In this document: positions 39,309 through 46,962 of the stretch, piece after piece
Layout of the letters: each line of letters opens with the position of its first letter
Position numbering within the stretch: the stretch's first letter is position 1
IMG/VR virus record: IMGVR_UViG_3300031414_000009
Coordinates: 32,001-96,000 of that record
Strand: one strand, 5' to 3'
From: a virus
Length of the DNA stretch: 64,000 nt
The notes under the pieces: generated by a model
Database searches by the model: none
Told to the model about the DNA's origin: nothing
What the model saw: only the letters and a program-made list of their open reading frames with translations
Program-made: the position numbers and the translations under genes

Positions 39309-39653
39309 TTATTTAGCTGGCGTTGTTGTATACCACCAACCATCTTTGTTCAACTCAACGTTGTACCGCTGAGTCGCAGCCACACGCTTATCGTAGCGAG
39401 ACATGATTGCCCGCACGGCGGTGGGTAGTTTCACGATCTGGTTAATAACCTCGTCAGTGATAATGTTCTCGCCCGGTTTGAAGCGAAGAGTTGACGTCTC
39501 TTGATCAAACTCAACTTCCACCCAGCGAGGTGAACCCATTGCTTTATATACCGCCATGTTAATGCGAAGGCCACTCCACTTATTAACACTAACGGTAAAC
39601 GGTTCCGGCGCTTTGGTGTCCTCCGGTATTTCTCTGGTTTTAACCCACCCCAT
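39309..39653 (-). CDS. hypothetical protein, tandem paralog (AbrB/MraZ-like beta fold possible)
   Basis: ATG 39653 with GGAGA SD; GLRIN, FDQETSTLRFKP, DGWWY. Confidence 0.7.
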   Translation of the reverse strand: MGWVKTREIPEDTKAPEPFTVSVNKWSGLRINMAVYKAMGSPRWVEVEFDQETSTLRFKPGENIITDEVINQIVKLPTAVRAIMSRYDKRVAATQRYNVELNKDGWWYTTTPAK

Positions 39654-40011
39654 CTTTATCTCTCCAACGTCGAGGGCTTTTAGTGATGTACCACCACCCA
39701 TCATCGGCCAGACCCACCACATGTCTGCGAGTCCTGTGCACATCCAGATCGCGATAGTAGGTATAATGCCTGGCTATCTCTTTACCTATCGACACCTGGT
39801 TGTATCTCAGACGATGGCCAGACTCGCTCGGTCTAAAACGGAGCTTGCATGCCTCGGGATCATATTGAATCTCAAGGCACGGATAGCCGGTCTGCTCAAT
39901 GGCCTGTCTAACATTGATGTTGAGTCGCATCCCACCCTGTGGAGTCATGCTAACAAAGTGAGTAGCGGGTTCCGCCTTACGCTCATTAACCTTCACAGGT
40001 AGGTACGTCAT
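39640..40011 (-). CDS. hypothetical protein, tandem paralog of 39309-39653
   Basis: GMRLN, YDPEACKLRFRP, DGWWY. Confidence 0.7.
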   Translation of the reverse strand: MTYLPVKVNERKAEPATHFVSMTPQGGMRLNINVRQAIEQTGYPCLEIQYDPEACKLRFRPSESGHRLRYNQVSIGKEIARHYTYYRDLDVHRTRRHVVGLADDGWWYITKSPRRWRDKDGVG

Positions 40012-40013
40012 GA

Positions 40014-40250
40014 TTACTCCGGCGCGTAGTGAAGTTTAGCCACGGCATAACCTTCGGCGGTCAGCACACACAGATGCGTGTCTTTACCCTTAGGTGCGGA
40101 CGCCACATCAACACGTTTACACAAACCTAATGCTGCCAACTCGGCTTCACCTGACTTAGCAGGGATCTCGCCTGCTTCACGAGGACCAAACCAAAACAAA
40201 GCGAACAGAGTATCGATCGCGCCACCACTTAACTTGTTAACGTTAATCAT
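40014..40250 (-). CDS. small winged-helix-like protein
   Basis: IPAKSGEAELAALGL...LTAEG pattern. Confidence 0.6.
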   Translation of the reverse strand: MINVNKLSGGAIDTLFALFWFGPREAGEIPAKSGEAELAALGLCKRVDVASAPKGKDTHLCVLTAEGYAVAKLHYAPE

Positions 40251-40713
40251 CTAATTCCCTAAGAGTGTATTTAGCCAACCATGCCCAGTTGTGTTCGGAC
40301 GGTGTTACCTCAAGCGCCATCGATAACACTATTAGTGCCTCGTAGACAAACGGGAACTCCGCCACTAACGTCTTCCGATCGTCATAGTCGAATAACTGGT
40401 CATGTGGCCAACGGGTTTCTGGTGTACCTGCGGAATCAAACCACTCACCTTCCCACTCAATCCAAACGTGGGTCGGGGACCCAGTTAGATGACAGTCGAT
40501 ACCCATCTCTTTCAAACGTGCCCGTGCGAGTAATGCGTAAGCATGACACAGACCATTATTAATGTAGGTATCGATAGGGATAGGTGTGCCGTCGTCTGCC
40601 TTAGGCTCCTCACTGCACTCATACCCAAACGCGTAGCATGACAACATGCGCACGCTGGGCGAGAGGCAACTGTTAAGATCAGTCAATACTCTACGGATTA
40701 CCGCGTGCGACAT
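40243..40713 (-). CDS. papain/transglutaminase-like protein with Cys-His-Asp triad
   Basis: INNGLCHAYA, THVW, WFDS; paralog of 29083-29646. Confidence 0.6.
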   Translation of the reverse strand: MSHAVIRRVLTDLNSCLSPSVRMLSCYAFGYECSEEPKADDGTPIPIDTYINNGLCHAYALLARARLKEMGIDCHLTGSPTHVWIEWEGEWFDSAGTPETRWPHDQLFDYDDRKTLVAEFPFVYEALIVLSMALEVTPSEHNWAWLAKYTLRELDD

Positions 40714-40723
40714 GCTGGCTTCC

Positions 40724-41653
40724 TTATGCGTCGGATTCTTTGATGAACACGCCGTCGCTGTTCATGTAGCCTTTACGGTCTTTGATTTCGTGCCAGGCAT
40801 CTGACATACACTCGTCCACGGTGATATCGTAGACGTCGGCCAGATCGTACAGACAAAGCAGCGCGATTTCGATATCGTCTTTTGACAGACGTTCAGCCAT
40901 GCGACCACCATGCACAGCAAAGTTGCCCAGGACATTAACCATGGCCTTCATGTGCATCTGCAACAGCTCATGTGGGTCATCGCTCAGAGTAGTACCCTGA
41001 GTTTTAGCTACTTCGTCTTCAACGCGACGCAGGTGCACGCGGAGATCGCGCTTGGCAATACCCAACACGTTGGTCAGAACAACAATACTGTCGCCGATGC
41101 TATCAACGATCAGCGGAAGTTTGTTGCGGCAGATGCCGGAAGCCAGCTCACCGACTTCTTCGTAGTACTTAGAAATCTGACCGTTGATTTTACCACAAGT
41201 CAGGATCTTACGCTCGGTAGACCAACCCAATACCTTACCCACTACATCCAGAGTAGGGTAAAGGGTTTTAGTCTTTACCAGGTCGATTGAGACCAGATTG
41301 ATCAGCTCTTTCTTTCCGTTGCCGTAAGAGTTGGCAGTACCGCGAATGGCGAATTCACAACCATATGGCCGCGCCAGTAAAGCCGCAGGGAGTTGACCAA
41401 CGTCTACACACTTAACAGTAGCACCATCCTTTGTCAGCTCTACAGTTACGTCACCAAGCAACAGTTTAGACTTGACTGGCTCCAGTAGGAAACTGGCTTC
41501 ATCGGGACTATAACCAGACAGACGATCTTCGCCCCAACGTTGTTCGATAGGACGAGCGTTAAATTCAGCAACTGCCTTTTCCAGCGACTCTTTGGTATAC
41601 TGGTTGGTTAGGACCACTGGAAAATGGAAGTAACCTTTTTCATCTTGGGACAT
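40724..41653 (-). CDS. MazG-like NTP pyrophosphohydrolase with N-terminal degenerate prohead-protease-like domain
   Basis: EEVGEL..DSIGD and AWHEIKDRKG..DGVFIKE; N-terminal YTKESLEKAV..WGE..FAIRG..LVSIDLV. Confidence 0.8.
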   Translation of the reverse strand: MSQDEKGYFHFPVVLTNQYTKESLEKAVAEFNARPIEQRWGEDRLSGYSPDEASFLLEPVKSKLLLGDVTVELTKDGATVKCVDVGQLPAALLARPYGCEFAIRGTANSYGNGKKELINLVSIDLVKTKTLYPTLDVVGKVLGWSTERKILTCGKINGQISKYYEEVGELASGICRNKLPLIVDSIGDSIVVLTNVLGIAKRDLRVHLRRVEDEVAKTQGTTLSDDPHELLQMHMKAMVNVLGNFAVHGGRMAERLSKDDIEIALLCLYDLADVYDITVDECMSDAWHEIKDRKGYMNSDGVFIKESDA

Positions 41654-41724
41654 ATTCAAATCCTTTAAACTTGGTTGGCGTGTCTGTTTTATCACGCGTT
41701 GGTTGGGTTGATCTACGACAGCGA

Positions 41725-42171
41725 TTAGTGGACCAGTTTCAGTGAAGGTTTAGCTTTAACCGGCACGTCCTCTTTAGACTGGCCGTTACCGAAGTTTTCA
41801 AACCAGGACTTAGCCGAAGCGTAGTCGCAGATAGGCTGACCGATACCGGTTTCACGACCATACATCGCAGCGATTTGTTGATAGGCCAGAACGATGCTGT
41901 GCTCTTTCCCACCGAAGCGACAATTGAAGGTAATGAACTCAGGTCCAAAATTAAGGTTACCTGTGGCAGTCGAGGACACGTTAAGAACAATCGTCGGTAG
42001 CCCGCCTTCTGCTGGTGCGGGGATGGTAAAACCTAACAACATCGGGTCGGTTACGACGTCAGCGTACAGCTGAACAAAGGGCGTGTCGAATTCGCTGATC
42101 CAGCGGTGCGAAGCTTCTGCAAAGTACGGCAGGAAGTTCGGAACAACGATTTCTTTCTGATTCTGGCTCAT
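41725..42171 (-). CDS. sspB: ClpXP adaptor SspB
   Basis: IVLNVSSTATGNL, FNCRFGG, AMYGRETGIG, C-terminal XB-like PSLKLVH. Confidence 0.9.
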   Translation of the reverse strand: MSQNQKEIVVPNFLPYFAEASHRWISEFDTPFVQLYADVVTDPMLLGFTIPAPAEGGLPTIVLNVSSTATGNLNFGPEFITFNCRFGGKEHSIVLAYQQIAAMYGRETGIGQPICDYASAKSWFENFGNGQSKEDVPVKAKPSLKLVH

Positions 42172-42224
42172 GTTTTGTATCCTTATATAAGTGTCAGATA
42201 ATGGTTCGGGGTTGTAATTTAAAA

Positions 42225-42256
42225 CGGCATAAAAGGGAAGGTTTTATCCCTCCCTT
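42225..42256 (-). terminator. intrinsic terminator
   Basis: AAGGGAGGGAT/ACCTTCCCTT stem followed by TTTTATGCCG. Confidence 0.65.
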
Positions 42257-42270
42257 AAGTATTGTATACT

Positions 42271-42726
42271 CTAAATCTCACTGAACGTAGCGCTTGCCAT
42301 AACAAACACTTCGTTTGGTGGATACTTCAGTTCGTCGAGGTTTACACAGCGAAGCTCAACTGTGGCTAACTCCGGGCGCTCCTGTTTATAGATTTTATCC
42401 TTCACCTTACTGTAGATAAACTCTAACTGGAGCTTCTCGCCATATAACCCATCTGCGGTGACCTTAACCCGCACACAGCTCGTGACTGTGCCCACGTCGG
42501 TTTGTTCAACCGTCTCTTTTGGTCTGTCCACTTTCTCGACAGTATACTTAACAGCCGTACCGTCAACGTTCACACCGGTGACACTGCCAGACACGTATTT
42601 GCTGTGCAGTCCAATACCCATGAAAGCGTCAACCAACTTGATTGGCTGATTGATGTCTAATCTTACTTCACGCAGTGCCATAGCCCTGTCCTCATTGTCT
42701 TCGTTCATAATATGAACTAACCCCAT
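42271..42726 (-). CDS. hypothetical protein
   Basis: 151 aa, divergent from the helicase; start may be 42708. Confidence 0.7.
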   Translation of the reverse strand: MGLVHIMNEDNEDRAMALREVRLDINQPIKLVDAFMGIGLHSKYVSGSVTGVNVDGTAVKYTVEKVDRPKETVEQTDVGTVTSCVRVKVTADGLYGEKLQLEFIYSKVKDKIYKQERPELATVELRCVNLDELKYPPNEVFVMASATFSEI

Positions 42727-42754
42727 TTTAACCTACCCTGGTCGGAGTACACAA

Positions 42755-44767
42755 ATGCATGATTACCTGAGTAGATTGCTCGGGATGATAGACGTTAAAG
42801 AGGAAGGCAATAACGTCATTATTTCGGGTCTGCCAGGCGATGATATCGTTGCAGATATTTATCGCTACTGGCGCACAAGCAAAATTGCCTCCAATATGTT
42901 CAGCTTCCAGGGTAAGTCTAAAATCATACTTCCCAAGTTCTTCGCGCTTGAGTTTCTTTATATGCTCGATGAACTTCGTCGTTCTAATACTGGACGAACT
43001 TCTGCACGAACGCTAAATAACATTCGAAAAGAACTCATTGAGAAAACCTGGCTATCTGGCATCACTGCCGATAACGTGCCACGTTTCTTGAATCGCAGTC
43101 GTCTGGGTCTGTTCATCAAACAGCCATTAAAACATCAGAGGGAGTTCCTGGACTCCTATGAAGACATCACCCCACGTTACAATCTGAACGGGTATGTGGT
43201 GGCGATGGGCGTGGGTACAGGTAAAACACTTGCCTCTCTTTATCTTGCTGAATGTTTGGATGTCGATTGTATTATCATGATACCGCCGGCTCGTGCGGTG
43301 AAGACGGTCTGGATACCGACACTCAAAGATGAGTACAAAAAGCCCAACGATGTTTGGGTAGCGTCAGATGGTAAGCCGTTCCCTAACAAACCACCGCGTT
43401 ATAGCATCTTCCATTATGAGTCATTGGCATACTTGAAAGAGTGTATCAAGACCTTCCGTGGAAAACGTGTTGCTGTAATACTTGATGAGTCACATAACCT
43501 CAACGAGTTAACAGCTGAACGTACGCAGATGATGCTGAATGCTGTAGAGGGACTCAACCCAATCGCCACGCTATGGTGTTCGGCTACACCGATTAAGGCA
43601 CTGGGTTCAGAAATGATTCCAATGCTGCGCAGCTTTGACCCGCTGTTCACGCCAGATGTTGAAATGCGATTCAAGCAGATCTTCGGTAAGAACAGTTCCA
43701 AAGGGACCGACATCATTAACAACCGCATGGGTGTGGTTAGTTATAAAGTCGAAGTGGTTAAGTCTAAGCCTAGCTATAATGACGTACCTATCCAGATACC
43801 GAACCCGACGCCGTTCACGTTGGACCAGCTGAAAGACGATATGATTCGTTTCATTAAAGAGCGCATGAACTACTACAAGGCGAACTTTAAGCAATTCGAA
43901 GATATCTACAATCGGTCGCTGGTTATCCACCAACAGTCACTGCGTAGCAAAGAAGAGATGGAAAACTTCCGTACCTATAACGAATACGTCAACATCATTC
44001 GCAAGGGTTATGACCCAGCCACGATGGTCGATATGGCGGCATTCTGTAACAAGTACGAGCTGAACAAGATCATGCCTTCTCTCCCACAGCAGATGCGAGC
44101 TATATTCAAAGATAGTCGTTCTGTAATCAAGTATGTTGACTTGAAGGTACGTGGCGAGTGTTTGGGCAGGATTGTAGGGCGTCGTCGTACAGAGGCAGTT
44201 TTAGCCACTATACCACATGCCCGCATTCCTGAGATTGTTCGTGGTGCGCAGAAGAAGACGGTTATCTTCACCTCTTATATCGAGGGTGTGCAGATGGCTG
44301 AGTCAATCTGTCGGCAGGCTGGTCTTAAGCCATTGGTTGTTTACGGCGATACCAACAAGAATCTGAAGGCTATCACAGATCAGTTCTTGAACGACCCGAA
44401 TGCCAACCCACTGATTGCTACGTATCAGTCGCTGTCTACGGCGGTGCCGTTAACTTCGGCATCAACGATGATCGCACTGAACCTCCCATTCCGCGAGCAC
44501 GACTACCAACAGGCAGTTGGACGCATTGACCGTATCAACCAGGATACCCCAACAGAGATTATCAACATCATGCTGGATACTGGCAAGATGGAGAATATCA
44601 CTGGCCGTACAGTTGATATCTTGCGTTGGTCTAAAGACCAGGTCGATCAGATCATGGGTGAGAAAGCAGGTTACACGGTTGAGCTGGCAATGGAATCTTT
44701 CGGCTACAACAACGTTACCGAAAATATCTACGGCATCCAACGTCCGTACTTCGCTGTCGCTGCATAA
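42755..44767 (+). CDS. SNF2/DEAD-like SF2 helicase
   Basis: HQ, GVGTGKT, LDESHN, SATP, VIFTSY, QAVGRIDRINQ. Confidence 0.92.
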   Translation: MHDYLSRLLGMIDVKEEGNNVIISGLPGDDIVADIYRYWRTSKIASNMFSFQGKSKIILPKFFALEFLYMLDELRRSNTGRTSARTLNNIRKELIEKTWLSGITADNVPRFLNRSRLGLFIKQPLKHQREFLDSYEDITPRYNLNGYVVAMGVGTGKTLASLYLAECLDVDCIIMIPPARAVKTVWIPTLKDEYKKPNDVWVASDGKPFPNKPPRYSIFHYESLAYLKECIKTFRGKRVAVILDESHNLNELTAERTQMMLNAVEGLNPIATLWCSATPIKALGSEMIPMLRSFDPLFTPDVEMRFKQIFGKNSSKGTDIINNRMGVVSYKVEVVKSKPSYNDVPIQIPNPTPFTLDQLKDDMIRFIKERMNYYKANFKQFEDIYNRSLVIHQQSLRSKEEMENFRTYNEYVNIIRKGYDPATMVDMAAFCNKYELNKIMPSLPQQMRAIFKDSRSVIKYVDLKVRGECLGRIVGRRRTEAVLATIPHARIPEIVRGAQKKTVIFTSYIEGVQMAESICRQAGLKPLVVYGDTNKNLKAITDQFLNDPNANPLIATYQSLSTAVPLTSASTMIALNLPFREHDYQQAVGRIDRINQDTPTEIINIMLDTGKMENITGRTVDILRWSKDQVDQIMGEKAGYTVELAMESFGYNNVTENIYGIQRPYFAVAA

Positions 44768-44823
44768 AAAAAAATAAACTCAAGTGCTCCTCTACCCGTT
44801 GGGGTAGAGGAGTCTTTTATGCC
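44763..44823. terminator. bidirectional terminator between convergent genes
   Basis: CTCCTCTACCC/GGGTAGAGGAG stem; TTTTATGCC on plus, long T run on minus. Confidence 0.8.
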
Positions 44824-45404
44824 ATCTTTGCCAGAGCGTCAAAGGTTTCGTGTTTACTCACCAGACGAGTTTTCTTGCTATAGGTAATGCTCTTAGCACT
44901 AGGGCGTGAAAGCACTTCGAAGATTACCCGTCCTTGTATCTTGAGGTATGCCTTATTTTTGCCGAACAAGGAAACATCTAACTCGCGAGCAATAAGGACA
45001 TTACCCATGCGGAGAGTGAATAGCTCCACTTCGCCGTCGCTGATGCGAAGGTCGTCCTCTGGTTTGGTAATCAGTTTGAGGCGGTAGATGTTCTTACGAG
45101 TTGCGCGACCTTTCCCACACCCGAGGTGTACCATGCGGGAAATAGCATCACAGACCAACTTGCGAGAAAGCGGATAAAGATCACCGTGATAATAGATACC
45201 TAACAGCTGTGTCAGCTCTCCCTGCGGATTAAAAACCATGAGTCCGTCAAAGTCAGCAATCTGGTGCATGTCGCCTGTTATGCTGATGATTGGTCTTTCT
45301 CGACTATAGATGGTAGCGGTAACTACTTCACCATGTTTACCGATACAGCCGTAGATAGACATAGCGCCATCTTTAGCGAAGAACGTTTTGTCTGTATTTT
45401 GCAT
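44817..45404 (-). CDS. hypothetical protein (dispersed paralog family)
   Basis: VFNPQGEL..LLGI, RATRKN, LRMGNVLIA resemble 57850-58326. Confidence 0.7.
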   Translation of the reverse strand: MQNTDKTFFAKDGAMSIYGCIGKHGEVVTATIYSRERPIISITGDMHQIADFDGLMVFNPQGELTQLLGIYYHGDLYPLSRKLVCDAISRMVHLGCGKGRATRKNIYRLKLITKPEDDLRISDGEVELFTLRMGNVLIARELDVSLFGKNKAYLKIQGRVIFEVLSRPSAKSITYSKKTRLVSKHETFDALAKMA

Positions 45405-45420
45405 TTCTTTTCCTTATATG

Positions 45421-45457
45421 GGGCATAAAGCGAGGAGCAGTGGCCACTGCTCCTCTT
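45421..45457 (-). terminator. intrinsic terminator
   Basis: GAGGAGCAGTG/CACTGCTCCTC stem followed by TTTATGCC. Confidence 0.75.
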
Positions 45458-45461
45458 GGTA

Positions 45462-46175
45462 TTAATTGTAACGGACGTTTTGAGTTGAGTAGTTGTAGGC
45501 GTAATCGTAAGTCATCAATGCACGGGCGCGTGCCTCAGACCCAAATGTAGTTTTGGGCGCATTCATCATTGATGTCATCTTGGCTTTAAACTGAGCGACA
45601 GTTAATGCCTTACCATTACGATAAAAGTGATTGCGATTATGCTTAGCCTGCATCGGCGTGACGTCACGCGCGAGTCTATTGTTTTTGGCCTTAAGCATGT
45701 TCAGTGCGCCGCCTATCCCAAGGAAGTGCGCAATGTATACCTCTGATGGTGAAACGTTTCGGTGTAATCGAGCGGTAAGAATTCCACGATTCTTCTTCCA
45801 CAATTCAGCACTCATTAACGCGTTAGCCATCGGGTTGGACATTTTGGTATTCCGGCTCAGGCCGTACTTAGGTCCAAACTCTTTGAGCATAGCGCGCCAG
45901 GTGGCTGGTTCAAACTGAAATAATCCTCGCTTGGTGTCGCCTTTGAATTTTGATTCAATAAAAGCAACAGCAGCCATGTTGGATGGATCTACTTTAGCTT
46001 TGACGCTTGCCTTTACGATAACGGCCTGATGCTTAGACCAGTTAGCGTAATGTGGGTTGGCAGTTGACACAGATGCCTGTGCGTGAGATTGTAAAAGCAT
46101 GAGTGCTGCAAAGACAAGCACGATGTAGGCAAAGAAGCCTACGCCCATTCTTTTACAGAAGTTAGTGGTTTTCAT
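45462..46175 (-). CDS. lytic transglycosylase (phiKZ gp144-like catalytic domain) with signal peptide
   Basis: FIESKF catalytic Glu, GLFQF..TW, NALM.A, YIAHFLG.GGA; N-terminal hydrophobic segment ending AQA. Confidence 0.88.
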   Translation of the reverse strand: MKTTNFCKRMGVGFFAYIVLVFAALMLLQSHAQASVSTANPHYANWSKHQAVIVKASVKAKVDPSNMAAVAFIESKFKGDTKRGLFQFEPATWRAMLKEFGPKYGLSRNTKMSNPMANALMSAELWKKNRGILTARLHRNVSPSEVYIAHFLGIGGALNMLKAKNNRLARDVTPMQAKHNRNHFYRNGKALTVAQFKAKMTSMMNAPKTTFGSEARARALMTYDYAYNYSTQNVRYN

Positions 46176-46287
46176 TTTCAGATGTTCCTTAGCGTTTTCG
46201 GCCCAGCGAAGGCCATGCGTTCAGGTTAGCAGGATTGCTGTGTATGTGTCGCTTACGTTTTATCCTTATTTACGACATTTAAGTTAT

Positions 46288-46869
46288 CTATACGATGGGG
46301 TCGAAGTGTACTTTATTACCAGGGGATGCTAAGACTCGTTTGTAGAGTCGAGTAAGAATCTCCTGGACACCGTCGCCTTCCCAATCAATGTTTGTCTTCT
46401 TAGAACGAGACATTGTCAACTCACCCTGACAACTACGTACAAGCGGGTGCTTTGCATACAATGTATACCAACTTTCGTGCTTTCTTACCTCCAGCGTAGA
46501 TGAGAAATACGCTACAATCGGTCGTTCGCCCACCGTACCATACGAGTCGTGGTACCAGGTTGAAACCGCAAATGCGATGTTCTCTAACTTAAGGTCGCAT
46601 GGGTTAACCTGAAACAACCACACGCTAGCATAGCGAGTAGGCGTTATCTTCATTAGTAGCCAACCAACAGGTTTCTGGAAACTAACCAGCGTTTCACTTG
46701 CAAAGAATGCGAGTCCACCGTCCACGTAGATACTAAAGTCCTTAACGTGGATAGTGCGTGGTCTGCGGTTTCTGCTGATAGATACTCGACTGGAGTACTT
46801 AGCCCGCTTAGACAGACTGGAAGAACTGAAGTCCCATTTAGATTTCAACTCAACTAAATCACGGTGCAT
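46288..46869 (-). CDS. hypothetical early protein
   Basis: 193 aa; first gene after an early promoter. Confidence 0.7.
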   Translation of the reverse strand: MHRDLVELKSKWDFSSSSLSKRAKYSSRVSISRNRRPRTIHVKDFSIYVDGGLAFFASETLVSFQKPVGWLLMKITPTRYASVWLFQVNPCDLKLENIAFAVSTWYHDSYGTVGERPIVAYFSSTLEVRKHESWYTLYAKHPLVRSCQGELTMSRSKKTNIDWEGDGVQEILTRLYKRVLASPGNKVHFDPIV

Positions 46870-46901
46870 GTTTTTGTTCCTTTTAAGATAGTCTTACGTA
46901 A

Positions 46902-46923
46902 AGATAATGTATATCTAAAAATT
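46902..46923 (-). promoter_or_regulatory. putative early promoter
   Basis: AATTTTTAGATATACATTATCT. Confidence 0.65.
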
Positions 46924-46927
46924 AGAT

Positions 46928-46959
46928 GGCATAAAACCCACCCCCGAAGGAGTGGGTTA
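46928..46959 (-). terminator. intrinsic terminator
   Basis: AACCCACTCC-TTCG-GGGGTGGGTT followed by TTATGCC. Confidence 0.8.
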
Positions 46960-46962
46960 GTC

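Noticed and set aside
39640-39743. Programmed frameshift between the tandem paralogs
   Set aside because: The downstream gene has its own GGAGA SD and ATG at 39653; the long overlap is an ORF-caller extension
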